Assembly: GCF_963506605.1 (NCBI RefSeq)
Contig: NC_083285.1
Span: forward strand, 38,254,001 to 38,318,000
Length of the DNA: 64,000 bases
Source of the DNA: Zootoca vivipara
Lineage: Eukaryota
Reading direction: 5' to 3'
Part shown: piece by piece, positions 13,466 to 23,267 of the stretch
Layout: every line of letters begins with the position of its first letter
How positions within the stretch are numbered: the stretch's first letter is position 1
The notes under the pieces: model-generated
Told to the model about the DNA's origin: nothing
Seen by the model: the letters and a program-made list of their open reading frames with translations, nothing else
The model's database searches: none
Translations under genes and position numbers: made by a program

Positions 13466-13691
13466 TTACAGTAGGGGGCCGGTCCACTGTCCCTCAGACC
13501 TTCTGGGGGGCAGGACTATATTTTGAAAAAAATGAATTCCTATGCCCCACAAACAACCCAGAGATGCATTTTAAATAAAAGGACACATTCTACTCATGTA
13601 AAAACATGCTGATTCCCGGACCGTCCGTGGGCCGGATTTAGAAGGTGATTGGGCTGGATCTGGCCCCCAGGCCTTAAATTGCCTACCCATG
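13466..13691. mobile_element. Partial hAT-type MITE
   Basis: Shares GGGGGCCGGTCCACTGTCCCTCAGACC and the TGCCTACCCATG end with the 1183-1631 family. Confidence 0.65.
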
Positions 13692-14122
13692 ATATATACT
13701 GAAGATGAAATAAAATTTATACTTTATTTGAGCTAATAACTCATCAGCTGCTTAGTGTCAGGTCTTACCCATTCAGAAGAAATCAGAGCATGTTGTTTGG
13801 AGAAGTCTTTTATTTCCGGCAGCTGCATTGGCATTGATATTCCTGTTTTACTTTTATTTCAATACCGCCTCCTGCACAACTTCTTTACACCATGTTTGAA
13901 GCATACTATAAAAACCATAAAAATATTAAGCAAATAGTATAATATATTTGATAACAGAAGATAAAACTATAGAAGCTGTACTGGTCCCTAAAACCAGTTT
14001 TAAAATGTAAAATATTATATCTTAGTACGGTAGTGGTTTTTTTCTTTTCCTTTTAAGAAGTTAAATGTATTGCTTGGAATTTCAAGTCTTACTTGAAATA
14101 CTTTTGAGAATGTTTGCAAATA

Positions 14123-14304
14123 CCGTATATTCCGGCGTATAAGACGCCTGGGCGTATAAGACGACCCCCAACCTTTCCAGTTAAAATATAGAGTCTGAGA
14201 TATACTCACCTTATAAGAAATACGACCCAGCATATAAGACGACCCCCGACTTTTGAGAAGATTTTCCTGGGTTAAAAAGTAGTCTTATACGCAGGAATAT
14301 ACTG
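14123..14304. mobile_element. Tc2/pogo-like MITE (182 bp), copy 1
   Basis: TA|CCGTATATTCCGGCGTATAAGAC ... GTCTTATACGCAGGAATATACTG|TA; identical by eye to 16619-16800. Confidence 0.88.
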
Positions 14305-14567
14305 TATTTAAAATTCCAAGGAGGAAGCCAAATGGGGAACAAGGGGGTTGTGTTAGAGGAGCTCAGATTGCTGGTGTTGGCAACTCTGGATATTCTTAAG
14401 TTCAGGGGCTTGTTGTTTGAAAAATATAATTTGAAACAGCTGGTGAAATTGTCAGCAGCTGTGATCACATGTTAACCTTTAGCATAATTTGTAGTGTTTG
14501 GAAAATATTTCTGTAAATTGCCATTTTTACCTGCAAAATAATAATAATAGATGGCATTTATTCACAG

Positions 14568-14668
14568 ATCCAAAAACAGAATTCAGACTTGAGAAGCGAG
14601 AACCACTGAAGGGCAAGACAAAGACTTCAGTTACAGTTAGACAAAGAAAAATTGCTGAACATAATCAG
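14568..14668 (+). CDS. TMPO: TMPO coding exon 4 (first beta/gamma-type exon)
   Basis: cacag|AT: DPKTEFRLEKREPLKGKTKTSVTVRQRKIAEHNQ; donor GTACCA. Confidence 0.92.
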
Positions 14669-14801
14669 GTACCATTAGAGCAGTTTCTTACCTGTTTTAT
14701 ACCATTCTCATATAAAAATGAGGGTGTCCTTAGAAATTTGACTTACATCTTGTATACACTGATTAACTGTTGCTTATTTTTAAGGGGCTATAGGCAATTC
14801 A

Positions 14802-14943
14802 TTAGTCATTCTGGCCACACGACCCGGAAAAACTGTCTGCAGACAAATGTTGGCTCCCTCGGCCAGTAAAGCGAGATGAGTGCCGCAACCCCAGAGTCGT
14901 TCGTGACTTGACTTAACTGTCAGGGGTCCTTTACCTTTACTTT
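14802..14943 (+). mobile_element. 5'-truncated Sauria SINE
   Basis: Matches the 3' half of 34944-35278; ACCTTT tail; 13-bp TSD TATAGGCAATTCA (14789-14801 / 14944-14956). Confidence 0.85.
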
Positions 14944-15627
14944 TATAGGCAATTCAATACTGTATAGCAGTGGAAATTCATTTTTCCTGACTGCAGCAAA
15001 ATGATAAAAGCCTTATATTATGCTAAATAGAATTAAGTTTCTTGTTTCTTGGCACATTTTTGAAAGGTGGGAATTGGAAAATAATTGGAAGTGTGGCAGT
15101 CTGTAATCTTTCAGGAAAACACCTTTGTTAGGAGGGGGGGTGTTTTGGGAGCCCCCCAAATATTATCTAAATGTGCTCTCCCAGCCTTTTCTTTTCATCC
15201 TGATTTGCTGCTTTTGGCAACCAGCTTCATGACTATTTTTGTTTTGAAAATTGTTCCTTTTCCTAATAGTAACATCATACAGCCATAGAGGGTAAACAAA
15301 TGGCCTTCAGAGGAGGGGCAAACTAGCTTTGCTATGGAGCAAGAAATGGTTGCATGACAGCATCACTGTTACTAGGAAGAGGGGCTGTTTTATATGAAAA
15401 GGGAGGGCGAAAGTAGCAGCCAACCAAGCCACAAATCAGCCCCTAAAAGATAAAGTGATGAGATGGATCAGAGCTTTCTGAACATAATGGAATGGTTACA
15501 CATTCTCTGTCAGTCCTGGCAGCAGGGAGGGATCACTGAAACAGCTTATCCTTCACCATCAAAAAGGAGTGGTGCATTCTGGTTCAGCATTGCCAATTTG
15601 TATTGAGTGTCTTGTGAGATGCATATA

Positions 15628-15703
15628 CAGGGTGGGTCCTTTAAAAGAGGCCCCATGGATACAGAGTACACATATTCCACGGGGCCTCTTTTAAAATACT
15701 CTG
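15628..15703. mobile_element. Tiny (76 bp) mariner-type fold-back MITE
   Basis: TA|CAGGGTG..TTTAAAAGAGGCCCC ... GGGGCCTCTTTTAAA..TACTCTG|TA. Confidence 0.65.
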
Positions 15704-16618
15704 TATAGTCAGCTAACTACCAACATTGGTCTGTGGTGTTTCTTTCATAAGTTGGCAATGTATATTTCTAGCAGGAGCCAGTTCTTTCACCAGATTTCTT
15801 AACAGAAAGACCTGCAGATGACTGGTTTTGAATATTTCTGATCTAGCATGTAGGAATACTTTGGGCAAGTTCGCAGGATTCTATGGTATGTGGCAGAAAA
15901 AAGCCCCCCCCCCAAAAAAAGTGGTGCTGAAGGCGCCTAATGGCTACTTTTTGGATTTTGACAAATCATTTCAGAAACTATTTTTTCATTACACTAGTAA
16001 TCTAGGTATTTGAAAAATTGTGGCAAGCTTATCTGAGTAAGCCCCATTAAACTTGATGGGGACTTATTTCTGAGCTGATACCTAGAGTTGCACTCTCTAT
16101 TGTGAATTGTATGAGGCCTGGAATGTTCATACATCTTAAGAACACTTAAGGAATAGATCAATGTGAAACTAGAACTAGCCTTTTTCTTTTAATTAAAAAA
16201 TACTGCTACCAATCAAATATTATAAAAATGAGCCTGCTAAGTAGAATAACCTAAAACTAAACTGGATGGCATATTTCTGATTTTTTTTTATTTTCATGAA
16301 AAACATACAAATGCATTTACAAATATACAGAAAAACCCAAGGATCATGGGAATAAATATTTTTCAGTGATCAAAGAAAAAAGAACTTGGTATGTTTTGAA
16401 GCTTGTCATTCAAGGAATTATGAACAATGCTTATTTCTGTATAAATCAGTTTTATAATAAGCCCAACCTGACCTCTGATGGCATTAAAGCCATATTGCCA
16501 GGTTTATGAGACAATTCACAAGAATGGAATAGAATCGATTGCTTCCAGTTGCAAGCTATAGCTGTTTTGGCTTCCATTAATTAAATTCAACCACATTTCT
16601 CAAGTATTTATATATTTA

Positions 16619-16800
16619 CCGTATATTCCGGCGTATAAGACGCCTGGGCGTATAAGACGACCCCCAACCTTTCCAGTTAAAATATAGAGTCTGAGATATA
16701 CTCACCTTATAAGAAATACGACCCAGCATATAAGACGACCCCCGACTTTTGAGAAGATTTTCCTGGGTTAAAAAGTAGTCTTATACGCAGGAATATACTG
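16619..16800. mobile_element. Tc2/pogo-like MITE (182 bp), copy 2
   Basis: Direct repeat of 14123-14304 with its own TA flanks and unrelated neighbouring sequence. Confidence 0.88.
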
Positions 16801-17282
16801 TAAGTAGGAGAAAAAAGACTTCCTTCTAGTTTCTTGCATTTCTTCCTTCATTGTCAATGTTGGGATCAAAATGTATTATTTCTGTGGGTGGTCACCTAGC
16901 CCTGTGCTTTTTTCAAGAGAAAATACTCCATTTCTGTAATTACGTTTCCATCGTTGGTTGTGAGCCTTATTTCCAGGTAAGTGTGGATAGGTACCCAGCC
17001 TTAGTCAAAAGATACTATGGCCATATGATCACACACTGAACCTGCGGTCACAGATAAAGGAGCTGGAGTCCCATAACACATAGAGTTCACCCCATGTTGG
17101 CTATCCCTAATAATTATTTCCATTTTCTGTGATATTTTAAAGAGTAAAGTAGGATAGAACCCATGTGTGGTGCCTAAATGTTTCTCTATAACTTGTTACA
17201 AGTACTAGGGCACTCAGTAGTGGTCATCTGGTGAAAATATAAAGCACCCATATGCTTGCTAACATGTCTGATGCTTAAATAG

Positions 17283-17402
17283 AACTATTCTCAGGATGGA
17301 GTTACTGAGACATTCTGGAGAAGTGGATCTTCAAAAAGTGGACTTCTGCAGGCAGTTTCTAGGGAGTCTGCAAGAGTATCAAGAAGAACACCAAGAAAAA
17401 GG
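17283..17402 (+). CDS. TMPO: TMPO coding exon 5 (symmetric cassette exon)
   Basis: aatag|NYSQDGVTETFWRSGSSKSGLLQAVSRESARVSRRTPRKR|gtgatg; 120 nt, phase 0-0; resembles LAP2beta. Confidence 0.9.
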
Positions 17403-17503
17403 GTGATGCAAGGCTAATTTGAAATCTAGACTTTTATTTTCCTCCTCAGGGCCCTAGTGACAATTGTACACTTATTTTATGTTTTTGTTTTTTAAACAAA
17501 CAG

Positions 17504-17599
17504 GTTGAAACTACAGTACCGCTACCTGTACATGATGCAGTAATATCAAAGAGTACTCCTATAGCTGATACTGTAGTGGCTTCAAGCAACGAGACCCTA
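17504..17599 (+). CDS. TMPO: TMPO coding exon 6 (symmetric cassette exon)
   Basis: aacag|VETTVPLPVHDAVISKSTPIADTVVASSNETL|gtaaat; 96 nt. Confidence 0.9.
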
Positions 17600-18244
17600 G
17601 TAAATATATTGAATTTGCAAGAGGTGGTATTCTATAATCTTCCTCCTCCTGGAAAAACACTTTCTGCTTGGAAAAAGGGGGAATGGGGGCTCCTTTTAAA
17701 AAGGCATTCTTTCAAAAAGAAATGTGCTGTTGCTCCTAAGTCTGATGCAAAGTAAACGAGTAAAATCAGAAGGAGCAATATTGAATTACATTTTTCTGGC
17801 TGGTATCCAACTACATCTGTCTTTCAGCAGAATGAACACTGTTTACGGAATGGATTCCCTCTCCCCTGCATGTCTTCATGTGGCCCCAGATCTGCTCCAG
17901 AGGGTTGGGGGACCCTCCAGAGCAGATTGGGGGAGGCACATGGGGCAGAAGGGTGGAGCGCAGGAAAGGGGTACCCATTGTGCAAATCTGTTCACATGAT
18001 GTTGGATATAATCTTCTGAAAGCTGCTCTTCCTTTTGCTTAAGTACATGGGGGTGATGCCTGTAGATAATAGATTAACTGTTTTCCTTACAATTTATCTA
18101 TCTGTAATGCACTAATTTTCTTTTAAAAAACTGCAATCAATTTCTGAGGGCTGGCTTCTCATATGTAAGGCTACCTGGTTGGTTAAGATTTTTATTGCTG
18201 TTTCTTTTGTTAATTAAGAGTCTGAACAAATTGAATTTCAGCAG

Positions 18245-18355
18245 GTTGTCAATAGGGTGCCTGGAAATTTCAAGCATGCAGATCCTATACTGTCAATCAG
18301 TGACTTCTCAGAGTTGCCCAGAAGAACACCAAAGAAACCATTGATGTCAGCTGAA
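18245..18355 (+). CDS. TMPO: TMPO coding exon 7 (symmetric cassette exon)
   Basis: cagcag|VVNRVPGNFKHADPILSISDFSELPRRTPKKPLMSAE|gtaaat; 111 nt; NAGNAG acceptor. Confidence 0.9.
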
Positions 18356-18966
18356 GTAAATGAATTAAACATAGATTGTTGAATAGAAAGGGGGGGAGGG
18401 TGCACTTGCATACTGTATATGCATTTGGCTTTTTACTTAGAAATGTCATGCTAACTTTATTCTGAACTATTTTCTCACTTCAGCTTACAGTGTATTCCTG
18501 AGTGATGTTTTGTATATTTGGAGCAAACAGGAATTTAGGGATACCTAAGAACTTAAGATTTCATCACATAACTCTTACTATATCAAATGTGAAATTTTAA
18601 ACAAAATTCATACCTATAACCAAGAATAGATATAAAATAATTATTTTTCTCCTCATCCCCATTGTGTAGCTTTTTATTTCTTTTAAAAGCTTCTTATGTG
18701 CCAATTATTACCTTACTAATAAATAGGAGAATTTGAAATCTCACTACAAATATATGCTCGCTGTTTTTAGAATAGTATTATTCTGTACTGACAGCGTTTT
18801 TCACCAAGAGGAAATGGGAAATAAACATAAAATTACTTATATTCAATAGCCATACAATTCACTTAGATGAAAAATGACAAGAACTCGGGCCAAAACGGAT
18901 AGTTTCAAAAAGGATAATTTCAAAAAGTCTTCACAAAGTTTTATTAAGGATAAATTCCAGTAAACA

Positions 18967-19020
18967 TCAACATCAGGACAAGGCCCTGTTTCGATTATTC
19001 TTCATCAGCTGGAATGTAGA
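18967..19020 (-). ncRNA. Predicted minimal type-I hammerhead ribozyme, copy in the inverted left pLTR
   Basis: Exact reverse complement of 21123-21176. Confidence 0.75.
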
Positions 19021-19517
19021 AGTTAACATAAATCTTAGAATAGTTCTCCTTGTAATGAAAAATCATTCAACTCTCTCGACATAAAGTTTTAACAAATAAA
19101 AAGGACAGAGACTATATACAAATAAACATTACCGATATATCTGTGAGTGACCAACCTAACATCAAACTTAGAATCTGCTTTCTAAATAAGGATTTAAATT
19201 GCTTATAACGTACAACAAGCTTGTCATACTTAAATAATAGATCCTCTTACAAAATATAACAATCCTTATTACAGGAATGCTTGTAGTTTTCTACAAACAG
19301 AGTTATAATACTTATAATAAACGAAGGTAGCTTACCTAGGTTTCTCAGGTCTAAGTATACCATGTATGTTTGCCTTGCTAACTCAAATTGTTTGCAGCAC
19401 TTAAATGATAGAGGAAACGAGGTTACAACAGAATTAAAGAGACAGTATTACATTTGGGCGTACTAAAAGTGTTAAGACAATTTAAAGGCATATGGACATA
19501 ACTAGGTTCAATGTTGT

Positions 19518-20607
19518 TATATTGATGATCTTTTCATGATTCTGGAAGACCGCCACTTGGCCGGGGACTTTGTACAATGGATTAACACCCGAGACCCTCA
19601 TATTCATTTGTCAAGCAACATTCACGATGTACAAGTCAACTTCTTAGACACCACAGTATTTCGAGACAACCATCAACTCCTCAAAGTACGTGTCTTTCAC
19701 AAACCTACAGACCGCAACTCCATGCTTCATGCATCCTCTTTCCATCCACCTCATTTACTTAAGAACCTTCCGTACGGCCAATATTTACGACTAAAAAGAA
19801 ACTTCATTACACCAAGACTTTGACTTCTCTGCAAGGAAGATGACTGCTTCCCTCGTCCAACGTGGATACTCACAGAAAAGACTAAGTGAAGCATTAAGAA
19901 GAACGGAAAAGATAAATAGGCAAGATTTATTCAAATCACGTCCAGACAAGATGAACAATAGTCGCATCACTTCCACTTTACAGTACACATCTCGCACACC
20001 GGAGATTAAAGCCATTATCTACAAACACTGGCATTTACTGTCCAACATTCCTGGGTGCCAAAAACCTCCTCTTTTCGGACTTAAAAAACCACAATCGTTC
20101 AAAGATCTTTTGGTGAAATCAGATATACTCCCAAAAACCACATTGAGAGAAGATTTTCCCTTAGGTCACTTCAAATGTGGAAGATGCAATGTATGTAAAT
20201 ATTCCTTACAGGTAAAGGAGTTCTCTGACCAACACTCCAAGTTTAAGTTCACCATCAAACATTTTAGCAACTGTAACACAAAAAACTGCATATATGCATG
20301 GATCTGCCCTTGCCAAAAAATGTACATTGGAAAATGCTCTAGGCCCATCAAACTTAGAATAAGCGAGCACCGCTCCAGAATCCGAAATCACATTTTGGAG
20401 GCGCCACTAGTTGAACATTATACTCAATACAAACATACCGAGGATGACTTTTCATTCTTTGTAATCTGGACATTGCCACAAACCCGCTTCCAACGAATGA
20501 ACATTGACAGACTCCTTCTCCAACAGGAGTCCAAATTTATTCATCTTTTTAACACTTTACATCCAGGGGGCTTGAATAATAGTCTAGACTTTACTTCATT
20601 CCTATAA
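19518..20607 (+). pseudogene. Penelope-like RT (partial) plus GIY-YIG endonuclease ORF, frameshifted near 19803
   Basis: Track ORFs 19536-19823 and 19840-20607 join as ...RLKRN-x-SLHQDFDFSARKM... with one frameshift. The N-terminal RT is missing. Confidence 0.88.
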
Positions 20608-21122
20608 TCGACTCTGTACTTTGTAACAACATTGAACCTAGTTATGTCCATATGCCTTTAAATTGTCTTAACACTTTTAGTACGCCCAAATGTAATACTG
20701 TCTCTTTAATTCTGTTGTAACCTCGTTTCCTCTATCATTTAAGTGCTGCAAACAATTTGAGTTAGCAAGGCAAACATACATGGTACACTTAGACCTGAGA
20801 AACCTAGGTAAGCTACCTTCGTTTATTATAAGTATTATAACTCTGTTTGTAGAAAACTACAAGCATTCCTGTAATAAGGATTGTTATATTTTGTAAGAGG
20901 ATCTATTATTTAAGTATGACAAGCTTGTTGTACGTTATAAGCAATTTAAATCCTTATTTAGAAAGCAGATTCTAAGTTTGATGTTAGGTTGGTCACTCAC
21001 AGATATATCAGTAATGTTTATTTGTATATAGTCTCTGTCCTTTTTATTTGTTAAAACTTTATGTCGAGAGAGTTGAATGATTTTTCATTACAAGGAGAAC
21101 TATTCTAAGATTTATGTTAACT

Positions 21123-21176
21123 TCTACATTCCAGCTGATGAAGAATAATCGAAACAGGGCCTTGTCCTGATGTTGA
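21123..21176 (+). ncRNA. Predicted minimal type-I hammerhead ribozyme in the Penelope pLTR
   Basis: CAG-CTGATGA(21135-41)-A-GA ATAA TC-GAAA(21151-54)-C AGGGCCTT GTC-CTG. Short helix II, near-palindromic helix III ACAGGGCCTTGT, GUC cleavage triplet 21164-66, helix I CAG/CTG plus ACAT/ATGT. Confidence 0.8.
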
Positions 21177-21585
21177 TGTTTACTGGAATTTATCCTTAAT
21201 AAAACTTTGTGAAGACTTTTTGATATTATCCGTTTTGGCCCGAGTTCTTGTCATTTTTCGTTTAATACAATTCAGTTAGGACAGAAGTGCTGACAGTGCC
21301 TTTTAAGTCTTCCTTTATCAAGGTAGCCTTTATTACATAACACTATACTTCATGTTGAAAGAACAAAAGGATGGTACTGAAGATCCCTGGATACAAAAAT
21401 AGCCAAACAGACCAAAATAACCAAACTGTCATCAACAGCTAAACTCCATGCAAGAATCTTCTTAAAGTTTACTCTGCTTACCAAATTCTTTTACAAATCA
21501 CACAGTGATTTTTTCTTTTTTCTTTCTCTGGTGCAGCTTTCTTGTGCATTTTTTTTAAATTCTCCCTTTGTCTAACCTTTTACAG

Positions 21586-21680
21586 GTCATGGAGAAAACA
21601 TCTACAGAGGAAAGAAGAGCAGACAGGGATATTCTTAAAGAAATGTTCCATTATGAGGCATCAACACCTACAGGAATTAG
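21586..21680 (+). CDS. TMPO: TMPO coding exon 8
   Basis: tacag|VMEKTSTEERRADRDILKEMFHYEASTPTGIS; 95 nt; donor GTATTT. Confidence 0.93.
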
Positions 21681-22969
21681 GTATTTATAGGTGTAATTAT
21701 TGTTTCAAGCATGCAGCGACTGCCTTTTAAGGCTTTGTTAGCACAACTCAGCGCATTTGCCTCTGTTATAATTAACATTTCTAAGAATCCAGTCTTAAAA
21801 GGAGTGTTTTTTCTAATATTAAAAATATGTTTTCCAGTTCTTCCATGCTTATCAGTAGCAACTAGAAAGCTCCAGATCTTTCAAAGCTGTATATCATTTA
21901 AATTGATGTTTTTAGAAGCAAATCATATGTTAAGGTACAGTACTTGTCACTTCCAGAACCACAGACTATTTGTTCTAGGATTTGGCTTATTGTTTGAGAT
22001 ATCCAGATCAAAAGCCATCCTAGGAATAGTCTTTAATTCAGTTGGTAGTATAACCTGCTAAAGTACAGTAAATATACTGAACTTACTGCATCTAAAGCAA
22101 CATATGATTTGCACCATACTGCTAAATCACAGAAAATATTTGCAACAGGACTAGGAGGGCAGCTTTAGTAATAGGTGCACAGTACAGTTAGTTGTGTTTC
22201 ACAGAGCTTTCCACCTTGTCTCCCAAGCAGCTATTATACCCTTAACTTTGTGGAAGATTAAGATCCTCTGTCTCATTATATTCCTTAGGTATAAAAATGG
22301 TAGAACTCCTATGAAGTCACTATATTACTCAACATAGTTCCTGACAAATGTATGTCATAAATTTTAATTCCCAAGGATGGAACTATCTGATTTACACAGC
22401 CAAGTTGGGGACAACACATTGCTCACGTTTACCCAGCTTCCCTTGGTCTTCTGCTTAGTGTTATGAATCTGGGCAAGTTACTGTTGTGTAGGTTTTCTTG
22501 CACAGTAACTTGACCTAAAGTTGTCTGCTTTAGAAATTGCAGGTCTATAAAAATCATGTACTTGAAACAAGGAATATTAAATGCTGAGAACACTTCTTGT
22601 CTGTCTCAAAAGAATGCCTTTTTATTGGGTGCCATGCATGCTCTGAAGATGGACAGGGGGTGAAAGGGGACAGATATTCTATTTTTTCTCCAATGCCAGC
22701 TTGTCAAAAATATGGTATTCAAAGAACAGGTATCTTAACAAACAATATAAATTTGATGGATATAACATTTAGTATCCGTTATGAAGCTTATTCATTTCCC
22801 TTATCATAATCCATAGTTTTGGTGAGGCAAAACACATGTTTGTCTTCCCTAGAGAGCTGTAAAACTTCAGAGCATTAAATGCCTACCTCATCCCCTCCCA
22901 AATGCCTTTTAAAAATGAGGTCTGTGTTAGCCTTAAATAAACATATAATTACTTCTCATTAATTAACAG

Positions 22970-23267
22970 TGCTACCTGCCGCAGACCAATCAAGGGAGCT
23001 GCTGGTCGACCTATAGAGTTCAGTGACTTCCGGCTGGAGGAAACCTATTCATCAAAATATATCCCCAAATATGTTGCCACAGCAGATCTCAACCCAGAGA
23101 AACCAACAATTAAAAAACGTTCCATTCCTATGTGGATAAAAATCCTGCTCTTTGTTCTTATCTCAGTCTTCTTACTTTTGGTCTATCAGTCTATGGAAAC
23201 CAACCAAGGAAATCCATTCTCCAAATTTCTTAGTAGTAATGGTAACCTGGAGGAAAAGACAAATTGA
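22970..23267 (+). CDS. TMPO: TMPO terminal coding exon (transmembrane segment)
   Basis: ATCRRPIKGAAGRP...IPMWIKILLFVLISVFLLLVYQSMETNQGNPF...N*; stop TGA 23265-67. Total CDS 1377 nt. Confidence 0.95.

Larger units (their letters stand above)
18867..21264 (+). mobile_element. 5'-truncated Penelope-like retroelement (Neptune-type) with inverted pseudo-LTRs
   Basis: Inverted repeats 18867-19519 and 20624-21261 flank an RT C-terminus (YIDD at 19518, FLD, KPTD) and a GIY-YIG endonuclease (CGRCNVC linker, CIY...YIG, R, E, GLN). 15-bp TSD ATACAATTCA(C/G)TTAG at 18852-18866 / 21265-21279. Confidence 0.93.

Noticed and set aside
14669-17282. Extra LAP2omega-type exons in the purine-rich stretch near 15290-15570
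   Set aside because: The frames I checked hit stops quickly and I found no convincing acceptor/donor pair.
18867-21261. Reading the long inverted repeats as a TIR DNA transposon or a GIY-YIG homing/host gene
   Set aside because: The interior encodes RT motifs (YIDD, FLD, KPTD) fused to GIY-YIG and the repeats carry a hammerhead, which is diagnostic of a Penelope-like retroelement.
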